Below the pieces are notes generated by a model. The model saw nothing but the letters and a program-made list of their open reading frames with translations, made no database searches and was not told the origin of the DNA. From a plasmid, in the sequence record LC546831.1: a DNA stretch of 64,000 nt, one strand, 5' to 3'. Position numbers and translations under genes: made by a program. This document shows, piece after piece, positions 48,309 to 57,563 of the stretch. The stretch's first letter is position 1. The number at the start of each line of letters is the position of its first letter.

Positions 48309-49162
48309 GGTCTACTTGAAAAGTATTTGTCTACTAGAGCTTGAATCGAGTTAATCCTTAGCGGTTTACTATATGGTCCAAGGACATCGAAATCATTAAC
48401 GGCAGATGCAATTTCCCTATCTATATTTTCACCCACTTGGCCAGTGAGTATGATGATCATTGCATTTGGCTTTTCTGATTGTCGGATTTTTTGAACTAGA
48501 TCGTAGACTGAATGGTCTCTAACGACCCAGTCTAAAATGTAAGCGTCATATGGTTTTGTTACTGCAGATTTAAGCAAGCTATCAATATCGACGAAGATAT
48601 CAATATGATACTCTTTTCCCTGCATTATCCCTCTAATGCTTTCAACTATCGCAACATCATCATCAAGGATAGCTATCCTGGGATGCTTTCTTGTGAGCAC
48701 TGTAGAGTCGATGGATATCATGCTAACCCCACGCTTTGACTCCATGTAGAGCTGGTTCTCTTGAATTTCCTCTGTCTTAAAAACGTGCCATATGTCATTT
48801 ATTTTTACTGCGGAATAGGTTCTGGGTTCGTCCTGCCCGACACCCAAAAGATATGCTTCGCACTCTATCTCTGCACTGTTGATGTCCAGAACGGCACTAA
48901 CCTTATCAGCAAAGCCTGACTCGATAATCATGTAGAACTGACTCATCGTGAGACCTACTGAAACCACAACGCTTTGGAGTTGGGAGACTTCCCACTGAGC
49001 TTGCCCCTTTAGTTTTTTATGGGCTTGAGATGGGGATATTGATAGCACGCTTCTTACGTGGTCTACGTGCTTATGCTTTGCGATCCCCTGCATGTTAAGC
49101 ATCAGCGAAACAACATCCCCTATATTTGAACCACTTATGTATTTCTCGTTGGCTTCGCTCAT
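48305..49162 (-). CDS. Atypical response regulator: N-terminal putative HTH (VRSVLSISPSQAHKKLKG) and C-terminal receiver domain with an intact phospho-acceptor set; divergent from traY
   Basis: REC motifs IAILDDD...YDAYILDW...IIILTGQ...YSKPL; first gene of a 4-gene minus-strand operon with ATGA overlaps. Confidence 0.6.
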   Translation of the reverse strand: MSEANEKYISGSNIGDVVSLMLNMQGIAKHKHVDHVRSVLSISPSQAHKKLKGQAQWEVSQLQSVVVSVGLTMSQFYMIIESGFADKVSAVLDINSAEIECEAYLLGVGQDEPRTYSAVKINDIWHVFKTEEIQENQLYMESKRGVSMISIDSTVLTRKHPRIAILDDDVAIVESIRGIMQGKEYHIDIFVDIDSLLKSAVTKPYDAYILDWVVRDHSVYDLVQKIRQSEKPNAMIIILTGQVGENIDREIASAVNDFDVLGPYSKPLRINSIQALVDKYFSSRP

Positions 49163-49344
49163 TTTATGCTCTCTGAATTACATTCTTGTTCTTTTGGCAA
49201 GTCTAATAAAAGCGAAGAAAAAGGCAATAAAAACAAAAACTTTAGTGCAGTTTGCCTTCCAAAAAATGTCGTATTTGGATTGAAAATATATAAAGATTTC
49301 CTTAAACAACATAAAATATCTTTACATGTTGCTTCTCGATAGTG

Positions 49345-49388
49345 CATGATTGCGTCTAACGATAATCTTCTCTGCCATGATTGCGTCT
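49345..49388. promoter_or_regulatory. Two direct repeats CATGATTGCGTCT (49345-49357 and 49376-49388, 31-bp pitch) in the divergent promoter region upstream of traY
   Basis: Direct reading; about 85-125 bp upstream of the traY start codon. Confidence 0.4.
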
Positions 49389-49470
49389 GGGGAATCGATT
49401 CTTCGCTGGTGTTTGTAGGTTAGGTTGCTTTTGTTTGAACCAACAATATTAGCCATTAGGTTGATTTTTA

Positions 49471-49866
49471 ATGAAAAATCAAAAATCAAAATCAGAACAT
49501 GAATATCCGGCGATCCGCATAACCATAGATATATCGTCGGACACGAACAGAAAGCTCTCCTTATCCGCCAAACGGTCAGGTAGAGCTAAACGTCAGGAAG
49601 CGGGGATACGCCTATCCGACCACTTGGATAGCTTCATTGATATCTCGACTGACGCAATACAGCTTTCTAAGCTTCAACTGGAACCTGACGCTGAATATCC
49701 AGCGATTAGTATAACTGTCGATATATCGTCTGAAACAAACAGAAAACTCTCTTTATCGGCCAAGCGATGGGGTAGAGCGAAACGTCAAGAGGCGGTAATA
49801 CGGTTAGATCATCATTTAGATATCATTACAGATATTGCTACGGAGGGTAAAAGATTTCTGAGGTAA
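49471..49866 (+). CDS. traY: TraY (tandem ribbon-helix-helix relaxosome protein)
   Basis: Internal duplication EYPAIRITIDISSDTNRKLSLSAKRSGRAKRQEAGIRL / EYPAISITVDISSETNRKLSLSAKRWGRAKRQEAVIRL; 131 aa as in F TraY. Confidence 0.8.
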   Translation: MKNQKSKSEHEYPAIRITIDISSDTNRKLSLSAKRSGRAKRQEAGIRLSDHLDSFIDISTDAIQLSKLQLEPDAEYPAISITVDISSETNRKLSLSAKRWGRAKRQEAVIRLDHHLDIITDIATEGKRFLR

Positions 49867-50013
49867 CAACGCCAACACCAGGGGAACTACTAATCATAAT
49901 TTATTAACTTCGATGCAATTGAAAGGAGGTGAATACACAAGAAAGTTCGTGAATATCAGTTCTATATGCAAAACACACGTTTTCTGAATGTTAATTTCAA
50001 AAGGATATATGCA

Positions 50014-50379
50014 ATGAATGCTTCATTAAGCGCTCAGGGTTCTGCTATTGCCCAACGCCAGGGAATCTCACTAAGCAAGATGTTCTCACGTCAACGAGTG
50101 GTGAATTTCCTCAAACTGGTTCTGCCTTTTGCTGTGCTGACCGCGTTGTTCCCGCAACTGGCCCTGGCAGCCGGGGCTTCCGGTGACTTGCTTAAAACGG
50201 GTGACGATACCGTTAAGCAGACAGCCGGCAGCGGCTCCACCATGTACAAGTGGATCATCCTCGGTGAGGTCGTGACCGGGCTGTGCCTCTATGTCTTCAC
50301 GCACAGCTTCAAGTTCCTGTTCGGCTTCATCATCCTGTCCATCATCGGCAACGTCGGCATGAAGGTCGCCGGCTACTGA
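50014..50379 (+). CDS. traA: TraA propilin (F-type pilin)
   Basis: MNASLSAQGSAIA...FPQLALAAG...(G/A)S.....G.. matches the F propilin leader and mature pilin pattern. Confidence 0.85.
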   Translation: MNASLSAQGSAIAQRQGISLSKMFSRQRVVNFLKLVLPFAVLTALFPQLALAAGASGDLLKTGDDTVKQTAGSGSTMYKWIILGEVVTGLCLYVFTHSFKFLFGFIILSIIGNVGMKVAGY

Positions 50380-50388
50380 GGAGGCATT

Positions 50389-50694
50389 ATGTCGGGAGAC
50401 GATATCAATCTTTACCGTTTCCCGAAAACACTGAACAACCAGGGCCGCTGGTTTGGTTTAACCCCTGACGAATTAATTCCCATTGTGCTTTCTGCCTGCT
50501 GGTTCTTTTGGCAGGGCAAACAGATTGCGGGAATTATCGTGGCGGCTCTGGTTTATCTGGCAATACGCAAGGTTAAAAAAGGGAAGGGCAGCGTCTGGTT
50601 GCGCGATTTGGCGTACTGGTATCTGCCCACCTTTATGTTGCGTGACCTTTATAAAAAAGTGCCGCCTTCGTGTTTTCGGCAATGGATTAAATAG
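50389..50694 (+). CDS. traL: TraL
   Basis: Size, position and F TraL similarity (YRFPKTLN..RWFGLT.DEL). Confidence 0.85.
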   Translation: MSGDDINLYRFPKTLNNQGRWFGLTPDELIPIVLSACWFFWQGKQIAGIIVAALVYLAIRKVKKGKGSVWLRDLAYWYLPTFMLRDLYKKVPPSCFRQWIK

Positions 50695-50703
50695 GGTGAG
50701 GGA

Positions 50704-51270
50704 ATGAAACATTCAGCCAGACTTAATTCCAACAGGATTATCGCCCTGAGTTTCGTGTTACTCGGTGTGCTGTTATTCCTTAGCATTGTTTCTAACGTCA
50801 TTCTCTCCGTAACCAATTACAAACTGCAGGGTGATCGTCAGGTCGTCGCCGTACCCATGTTGTTCAAGGCGCCGTTTGCGATTTCAGAGAACAGTATGGA
50901 CGCCGGCTATCTCGAGCAGATGGCGCTGAGCTTTGTCTCACTTCGTCTCAACGTCTCCCCTGAGACGGTTGATGCCTCGCATCAATTTCTGCTCACGATG
51001 GTCAAACCCGCCGCACAGAAGGAACTCAAGCTGACGATGGCCAAGGAGGCCAACCAAATCAAAAAGAATGACGTTAATGCGGCGTTCTTTAAAACCGGTG
51101 TTCGCGTCTATCCCGCAGAAGGCCGGGTCGATATCCGCGGTGAACTCAAAACCTGGTTCGGCGACAGCAAGCCGGACTCGGTGCTCAAGCATTACGCCCT
51201 CTATATCGACAGAACTGACGGCGTGACCTGGCTGGCCAAATTTGTCGAGGTATCCGATGAAAACAAATAA
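50704..51270 (+). CDS. traE: TraE
   Basis: 188 aa, N-terminal TM, F TraE-like. Confidence 0.88.
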   Translation: MKHSARLNSNRIIALSFVLLGVLLFLSIVSNVILSVTNYKLQGDRQVVAVPMLFKAPFAISENSMDAGYLEQMALSFVSLRLNVSPETVDASHQFLLTMVKPAAQKELKLTMAKEANQIKKNDVNAAFFKTGVRVYPAEGRVDIRGELKTWFGDSKPDSVLKHYALYIDRTDGVTWLAKFVEVSDENK

Positions 51271-52003
51271 CCCCGTCCACGGATGGCTGATTGCCTGTGC
51301 GCTAACCGCTGCCGGCACTGCACAGGCCGGCACGGTGCTGGCGCCGGTCACCATTCCTTTGCAGAACGGCAGTCAGGCGGCCGTGGCGCTCAGCAACAGC
51401 GAACCCAACCTGTTCAACGTCCCCGGCGACAGTGTGCTGGCAGTATCCGGCGTTGACGAGAACCTGGTGCGGTATGAACCGACCGCCAACGGCGGGTTGG
51501 TGCTCAGTACGCTCAACAAAAAGCCTTTCACCTTCGTCATTGAAACCGAGCGCGGGATGAATTTCTCCATTCGCGCAGTCCCACGCGCCGGCAGTGGCCG
51601 CACGTTCCAGCTGGTCAGTGGTGATCGTGGCGTGTCCGAGCCGGCCCGGATCTGGGAACAGTCACAGCCGTATGAGTCGATGCTGGTCGACCTCAACCGG
51701 TCACTGATGGAAGGGCGGTTGCCGGTAGGTTATGGCCAGGTGCCTGTGACCGCCGAGCAGCTGGCAGCGCCTTACGGCCTGCGTGCCGAGGCTGCCCAGG
51801 TCTGGAAAGGCCACAACCTCAAGGTGGTGCGCTTTACCGTCAGTAATCCCGGCACGTCCCCGCGCTGGGTGAACGAGCACGATTTCTGGACGGCGGGAGT
51901 GCGTGCGGTGATGTTCGACACGCCAACCCGCCAGATTGTTGCCGGCGGTCGTGCAGGTGTGTGGATCACCTTCTCCGGGGAGGCAGCCGATGGCCAACAT
52001 TAA
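51257..52003 (+). CDS. traK: TraK (secretin-like periplasmic ring protein)
   Basis: Position and similarity; signal peptide. Confidence 0.85.
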   Translation: MKTNNPVHGWLIACALTAAGTAQAGTVLAPVTIPLQNGSQAAVALSNSEPNLFNVPGDSVLAVSGVDENLVRYEPTANGGLVLSTLNKKPFTFVIETERGMNFSIRAVPRAGSGRTFQLVSGDRGVSEPARIWEQSQPYESMLVDLNRSLMEGRLPVGYGQVPVTAEQLAAPYGLRAEAAQVWKGHNLKVVRFTVSNPGTSPRWVNEHDFWTAGVRAVMFDTPTRQIVAGGRAGVWITFSGEAADGQH

Positions 52004-53387
52004 TGTCATCGTCAAACGCAAACAGTTCCTGTGGGCTGGCGGCGTTGCGCTGGCGCTTGCAGCGGCCGTTGGCGTGGGCTGGTACGTCTCGCAGGACAGT
52101 GAGAGTGAACCGACGCAGGCCAGCGAACCGGCCCCTGACATGACCGGGGTGGTTGACAACACCTTCGGCGAGCGGGCGACCGAAAACGCCATCACGCAAA
52201 CCCAGGTGGCGCAGGCCGAAATCAACAAGCAGTTCTCCTCGCTGCGTCAGGAGATCGACATGCTGAGTAAGGCGCACCAGGAAGACCAGAAGCGCATCAG
52301 CACACTGGAAGACGAAAACCGCAAGCTCAATAACCAGACAGGTGGCGACGGGAGCCCAACACCAGGGAGCACCACGCCCGGCGCCACCGCCATTCCCCCT
52401 CTTGCTGCCGGTGTGACGCCGGAAGGTGAGCCGATGCCGTCAGCTTTCCCTCCGGCGCCAGGCGGCCCGGTGCCGCCGCCAACCGCCTTCTATCCGGGGC
52501 GCGGCGCGGTTCCTCCGCCGGTGGTGGACTACACGCCTGTTCCGGTGCCGGGCCAGCTGTATCGCAAGGTGCTGCGCCCGAAAGACGCCGGGAAACCAAA
52601 GAAAAAGTACCCCTATATCCCGACCGGCAGCTTCGCCAAATCGATCCTGATTGAGGGGGCGGATGCCAACGCATCGGTAACTGGGAACACTGCCACGGTG
52701 CCGATGCAGGTGCGGTTGACCGGCCGGATCGAGATGCCGAACAGCAAGACCTACGACGCGACCGGCTGCTTTATCAGCATGGAGGCCTACGGTGACGTCT
52801 CCAGCGAACGTGCCATCGTGCGCACCCGCAAAATCAGCTGCATTCGGGGGGACGACATTATCGATCAGGACATCGACGGTCATGTCAGCTTTATGGGCAA
52901 GAACGGCGTCAAGGGCGAGGTGGTGATGCGTAACGGCAAAATCCTCGGCTTTGCCTGGGGCGCCGGATTCCTTGATGGGTTAGGTGAAGGTGCCGGCCGG
53001 GCGGCGCAGCCGACCGTTGGCCTGGGCGCAACGGCCAGCATGGGCGCTGGCGACATTGCCAAATCGGCCCTGGGCGGGGGCGCCAGCAAGGCTGCATCGA
53101 CCCTCAGCGACTACTACATCAAGCGCGCCGAACAGTATCACCCGGTTATTCCGATCGGTGCCGGCAATGAGGTCACGGTGGTGTTCCAGGAAGGCTTCCA
53201 GATGAAAACCATCGAGGAAGTGGCGGCGGAAAAAGAGAGCCGACAGCAGGCGCAGACCGACGGGGGCGATCAGTCCAAGTCCGGGCAGAACCTGAACGGC
53301 TTCAACACCGATCAGATGCTGAACCATCTTGGCAAGGTTGATCCGGCCCAGTTCGGACTAGGCACATCAACAACAGGAGAGCGGTGA
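51990..53387 (+). CDS. traB: TraB (VirB10-like)
   Basis: N-terminal TM, Pro-rich linker, C-terminal VirB10 domain. Confidence 0.9.
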   Translation: MANINVIVKRKQFLWAGGVALALAAAVGVGWYVSQDSESEPTQASEPAPDMTGVVDNTFGERATENAITQTQVAQAEINKQFSSLRQEIDMLSKAHQEDQKRISTLEDENRKLNNQTGGDGSPTPGSTTPGATAIPPLAAGVTPEGEPMPSAFPPAPGGPVPPPTAFYPGRGAVPPPVVDYTPVPVPGQLYRKVLRPKDAGKPKKKYPYIPTGSFAKSILIEGADANASVTGNTATVPMQVRLTGRIEMPNSKTYDATGCFISMEAYGDVSSERAIVRTRKISCIRGDDIIDQDIDGHVSFMGKNGVKGEVVMRNGKILGFAWGAGFLDGLGEGAGRAAQPTVGLGATASMGAGDIAKSALGGGASKAASTLSDYYIKRAEQYHPVIPIGAGNEVTVVFQEGFQMKTIEEVAAEKESRQQAQTDGGDQSKSGQNLNGFNTDQMLNHLGKVDPAQFGLGTSTTGER

Positions 53388-53391
53388 CACC

Positions 53392-53928
53392 ATGAATAAC
53401 AACGATAGACCCACTATCCAGCATTTCGATGACTTTCCCTTTACGGGGGGCGTTTCTGCAGAAATCGGGAACCTCGTCGTCTGTGGCCGAACCGGCGCGG
53501 GGAAAACAACGCTGATGCAGTCCATCGTGGATAAATACAGCGCGGATGCCGTGCGAATGACGGGGTTATATGTCTTTTTATTGCTGGCCTGGTGGGGTGG
53601 TTGGCTTGCGCTCGATGCGTGGCGCATTGAGAACCTGCTGACCGATGCCGACAAGTGGGCCGGTTTTCGGCGTGACATCCTCTGGTGTGCGGGGTCGGCG
53701 GCGCTCTCCTTAATTTTCTTAATGACGGGTCCCAACAAAAAATCCTCTGTTTACGCACTGTCATTATGCCTGGCACTGATAGTGCCCATCTCGGTCGCAA
53801 TCGTTGCCGGGAGTTCTTTCATTCACTGGGAATTTGATGTGCCGGCGTTCTTGATGGCGCATACGTGCGCCGGATGGGTAATGACTCTGGCTGTACCGTT
53901 AGTGACTTTTTTCTCTGTCAGGATTTAA
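53392..53928 (+). CDS. TraP-like inner-membrane protein (positional call), with an N-terminal Walker A-like GRTGAGKTT motif
   Basis: 178 aa, four TM; occupies the traP slot between traB and traV. Confidence 0.4.
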   Translation: MNNNDRPTIQHFDDFPFTGGVSAEIGNLVVCGRTGAGKTTLMQSIVDKYSADAVRMTGLYVFLLLAWWGGWLALDAWRIENLLTDADKWAGFRRDILWCAGSAALSLIFLMTGPNKKSSVYALSLCLALIVPISVAIVAGSSFIHWEFDVPAFLMAHTCAGWVMTLAVPLVTFFSVRI

Positions 53929-53937
53929 GGAGACTCA

Positions 53938-54492
53938 ATGAAAACGCACATCATGAAATCACTGCTTTTACTCCCCGCCTTGGGTGGCGTGCTACTGCTG
54001 GCCGGTTGTGCCGGCGTCAGCAGCGAGTTCGGCTGTAACGCCACCACCTCCGACAGCTGCATGACGATGGAGCAGGCCAACGAGAAAGCCAAGTCACTGG
54101 AAGAGGGCGGCGGAGCAAAGCCGGCTGCAGCCGCATTGCCTCGCCTGGCTGACGGCGACTTTGCGGCGATTGGTCGGGATACCGGCCCGGTGCCGGTTGC
54201 GGTCGGCCGTTCGTCGCGCTTGCTGCCCCGTCAGGGGGCAGCCTCCCCGGCACCAATGGTGCCTGCGTATCCGGCGATCGCTGCGCCGGCCTCCATCGTG
54301 ACGACCGTCAGCACCTGCACCTTACCACGCTGTGCCGGTGTCGGTAGCACCCGCCCGGCCCGCCAGGCCGAGCAGACCGCACAGTTGTGGATCGCGCCCT
54401 GGATTGACAGCCAGGACGTCTATCACCAGCCGGGCAAGGTGCTGTTCGTGGTTAAACCGGCCGTCTGGGGCAAGCCCCAGTCAGTGTATTGA
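53938..54492 (+). CDS. traV: TraV lipoprotein
   Basis: Lipobox LLAGC; CAGVSSEFGCNATTSDSCMTMEQANEKAK nearly identical to F TraV. Confidence 0.88.
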   Translation: MKTHIMKSLLLLPALGGVLLLAGCAGVSSEFGCNATTSDSCMTMEQANEKAKSLEEGGGAKPAAAALPRLADGDFAAIGRDTGPVPVAVGRSSRLLPRQGAASPAPMVPAYPAIAAPASIVTTVSTCTLPRCAGVGSTRPARQAEQTAQLWIAPWIDSQDVYHQPGKVLFVVKPAVWGKPQSVY

Positions 54493-54504
54493 CAGGAGCC
54501 CTTC

Positions 54505-57135
54505 ATGAATTTGCTCGACAAGGTCACCCATACGGCCAACAGCCTGCTGTCGGCGCTCAAAATGCCCGATGCGTCCAGTCAGGCTAACCAGCTGCTCGGC
54601 GATATGCGTTTCCCGCAGCTGAGCAGCCTGTTGCCTTATCGTGATTATGATGAAAGCTCGGGGCTGTTCATCAATGACGGCTCTATCGGTTTCATGCTGG
54701 AAGTGCAGCCGCTGACCGGCGCCAGCCCGACCGAGGTGCTGGCGATTGAGAGCCTGCTGCGTACCAAACTGCCGCGCGGCGTACCGCTGTCCATCCATCT
54801 GATGTCCAGCAAGCGCGTGGGCAACCATATCGAGTCCGGCCTGCGTGATTTCTCCTGGTCAGGACGGGATGCCGACAAGTTCAACGCCATCACCCGCGCC
54901 TATTACCTGTCGGCGGCCGAAGATCGCTTTTCCTTGCCGCCTGGTGTCGATATTCCGTTGACCCTGCGTAATTACCGGGTATTCATCTCGATGTGCATCA
55001 AGGCCAAGAGAAATAACAAGGCGGCCTTTGTGCAAATGGAGAACCTGGTCAAGGTGCTGCGCGCGTCATTGATGGGTGCAAAGATGCCTACCCGAACCGT
55101 TGATGCGGATGACTTTATCAACGTGGTCGGCGAGATGATCAATCACGACCCCGATCAGCTGTATGACACGCCGCGTACCCTCGACCCGTACCAGGATCTG
55201 AACTTCCAGTGCATCGACAACGGCTTCGGTATGAACGTCTATCCTGACTGCCTCAAGATAAATTTGCGTAGTGCAGGCAGAGAAAGCGAGAGCGTGGCTC
55301 GCGTGATGAATTTCCAGCTGGAAAAGAACCCCGATATTGCGTTCCTGTGGGCCAGCGCTGACAACTACGGCAACCTGCTGTATCCCGAGCTGTCGATCGC
55401 GTGCCCGTTCATCATCACGCTGACGATGGTGGTCGAGGAGCAGGAGAAAAATCAGTTCGAAGCTAACCGCAAATACCTCGACCTCGAGAAGAAATCCCGC
55501 ACGTCATACGCCAAGGTGTTCCCTAACGTGGTGGAGGAGGCCAAAGAGTGGGGGGACTTGCGCCAGAGACTCTCTACCAACCAGACTGCGCTGGCCTCTT
55601 ACTTCTATAACGTCACGGTATTTTGCGAAGACAACGATAACGTGGCGCTGCGCTGTGAGCAGGATGTGATCAATACCTATCGCAAGAACGGTATCGACTT
55701 GATCGCCCCACGTTTCAAGCAGCACTGGAACTTCCTCGCCTGCCTGCCATTCATGGCCCATCACGGTGTACTGGACGACCTGCGCAAGCACGGCGCGGTA
55801 CATCGGGCAGAGACGCTGAACGTGGTCAATCTGATGCCGGTGGTGGCCGACAACCGCCTGGCGCCGGCCGGGCTGTTGGCGCCCACCTACCGTAACCAGC
55901 TGGCGTTTATCGATATCTACTCTGAAGTCATGGACAACACCAACTACAACATGGCGGTATGTGGCACATCCGGCGCCGGCAAGACCGGGTTGATCCAGCC
56001 GATGATACGCAGCGTGCTTGATACTGGCGGTGTGGCCTGGGTCTTTGATATGGGCGACGGTTACAAATCGCTTTGCGAGAACATGGGCGGGGTCTATATC
56101 GACGCACAGACGCTCAAATTTAATCCCTTTGCCAACATCGTGGACATTGATGAATCCGCCGAGCGTGTTCGCGACCAGTTGTCTGTTATGGCCAGCCCTA
56201 ACGAAAAGTTGGGTGATGTCGCTGAGTCCTTGCTGCTGATGGCCGTCAAAGCTGCATGGATAGCCAAATCGACGCATGCGCGTATCGATGACGTAGTGGA
56301 CTTCCTCAAGGAGTCTATGGACGACAGCGAATTAAGCAAAACCCCAGAGGTACGCAGAGATTTACATGCAATGGTCATTCTGCTCGACAAATATACCCAG
56401 GATGGCATTTACGGTGATTTCTTCAATTCCGACGAACCAACGTTACGTGACGACGCCAACATGGTGGTACTGGAGTTGGGTAGCCTGAAGTCGCGCCCTA
56501 ATCTTCTTATTGCCGTTATGTTCTCGCTCATCATCTATATCGAAGGACGAATGTACCAGTCTTCCCGCTCGGCCAAGAAACTGTGCGTGATTGATGAAGG
56601 TTGGAAGTTACTCGATTTCAAAACCGAAAAAGTGGGTGACTTCATCGAAGAAGGCTACCGCACGGCACGCCGCCATTATGGTGCGTACATCACCATTACT
56701 CAGAATATCAAGGATTTCGAGTCTGAGTCTGCGAGTAAGGCTGCGAAAGCTGCCTGGGCCAACTCTTCCTACAAAATCATCCTGATGCAGGAAGCACAGG
56801 CCTTCAAGAAATATAACCAAGAATATCCGGATAACTTCAGTCAGCTGGAGAAGGATGTCATCGCTCGGTTCCAGTCAGCCAAGGATCAGTGGTTCAGTTC
56901 ATTCATGTTGATGGTCGCGGGTCGCAGTTCCTGGCACCGACTGTTTGTCGATCCACTCAGTCGGGCAATGTACTCCTCGCAAGGCAAAGACTTTGAGTTT
57001 ATCCAGAGCCGCCGTGAGCAAGGGGTATCTGTGCACGATGCCGTTTACGCGCTGGCGCAACGCAACTTCGCCGAAGAAATGGCCCGGTTGGAACAGTGGG
57101 TCGAACTGCAGGCTAACCGGAGGATGGCGGCATGA
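54505..57135 (+). CDS. traC: TraC (VirB4-family ATPase)
   Basis: 876 aa; Walker A GTSGAGKT. Confidence 0.95.
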   Translation: MNLLDKVTHTANSLLSALKMPDASSQANQLLGDMRFPQLSSLLPYRDYDESSGLFINDGSIGFMLEVQPLTGASPTEVLAIESLLRTKLPRGVPLSIHLMSSKRVGNHIESGLRDFSWSGRDADKFNAITRAYYLSAAEDRFSLPPGVDIPLTLRNYRVFISMCIKAKRNNKAAFVQMENLVKVLRASLMGAKMPTRTVDADDFINVVGEMINHDPDQLYDTPRTLDPYQDLNFQCIDNGFGMNVYPDCLKINLRSAGRESESVARVMNFQLEKNPDIAFLWASADNYGNLLYPELSIACPFIITLTMVVEEQEKNQFEANRKYLDLEKKSRTSYAKVFPNVVEEAKEWGDLRQRLSTNQTALASYFYNVTVFCEDNDNVALRCEQDVINTYRKNGIDLIAPRFKQHWNFLACLPFMAHHGVLDDLRKHGAVHRAETLNVVNLMPVVADNRLAPAGLLAPTYRNQLAFIDIYSEVMDNTNYNMAVCGTSGAGKTGLIQPMIRSVLDTGGVAWVFDMGDGYKSLCENMGGVYIDAQTLKFNPFANIVDIDESAERVRDQLSVMASPNEKLGDVAESLLLMAVKAAWIAKSTHARIDDVVDFLKESMDDSELSKTPEVRRDLHAMVILLDKYTQDGIYGDFFNSDEPTLRDDANMVVLELGSLKSRPNLLIAVMFSLIIYIEGRMYQSSRSAKKLCVIDEGWKLLDFKTEKVGDFIEEGYRTARRHYGAYITITQNIKDFESESASKAAKAAWANSSYKIILMQEAQAFKKYNQEYPDNFSQLEKDVIARFQSAKDQWFSSFMLMVAGRSSWHRLFVDPLSRAMYSSQGKDFEFIQSRREQGVSVHDAVYALAQRNFAEEMARLEQWVELQANRRMAA

Positions 57136-57563
57136 CAGGCAGTGAACTGCAGGTGATTGAGCAGGGGAGCGCGGGCGGACAACGGTCAGACCGCCAGCTG
57201 GCGCTATGGGGCAGCGGCGCGGTGGTACTGGCCGTGCTGCTGAGCAGCCTGGTGGCGCTGTGGCTGGTGCAGCGCCAGCCGGTGATTGTCACGTTCAACA
57301 TGAAGCAGACCATGGAAGCGTTCTATGAGAGCGCTGGGAAAAAAGCGCTGCCCCCGGAACAAAGCAAACAACTGGCAGAACGGTTTACCGGTGCGCTGGA
57401 GGCCAGTATCACGCACTACCAGCAGCGCAACAACGTGATCATTCTGGTATCGCCGGCGGTTGTGGGCGGGGCTAAAGACGTGACGCGCGAGTTGCAGCGG
57501 GATATTGCTGCCCGCATGCAGCAGGGCAATATCGTCCGGGTAGGTAAGGAGGCAAACCTATGA
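57132..57563 (+). CDS. trbI: TrbI
   Basis: Position after traC with ATGA overlap; single TM. Confidence 0.75.
   Translation: MTGSELQVIEQGSAGGQRSDRQLALWGSGAVVLAVLLSSLVALWLVQRQPVIVTFNMKQTMEAFYESAGKKALPPEQSKQLAERFTGALEASITHYQQRNNVIILVSPAVVGGAKDVTRELQRDIAARMQQGNIVRVGKEANL

Noticed and set aside
45104-49470. Search for a traJ gene on the plus strand between traM and traY
   Set aside because: The only plus-strand ORFs (45577-46032, 46072-46350, 46520-46744, 47088-47369, 48157-48354, 49092-49283) are antisense to the coherent minus-strand kinase/regulator operon and have no TraJ-like features.
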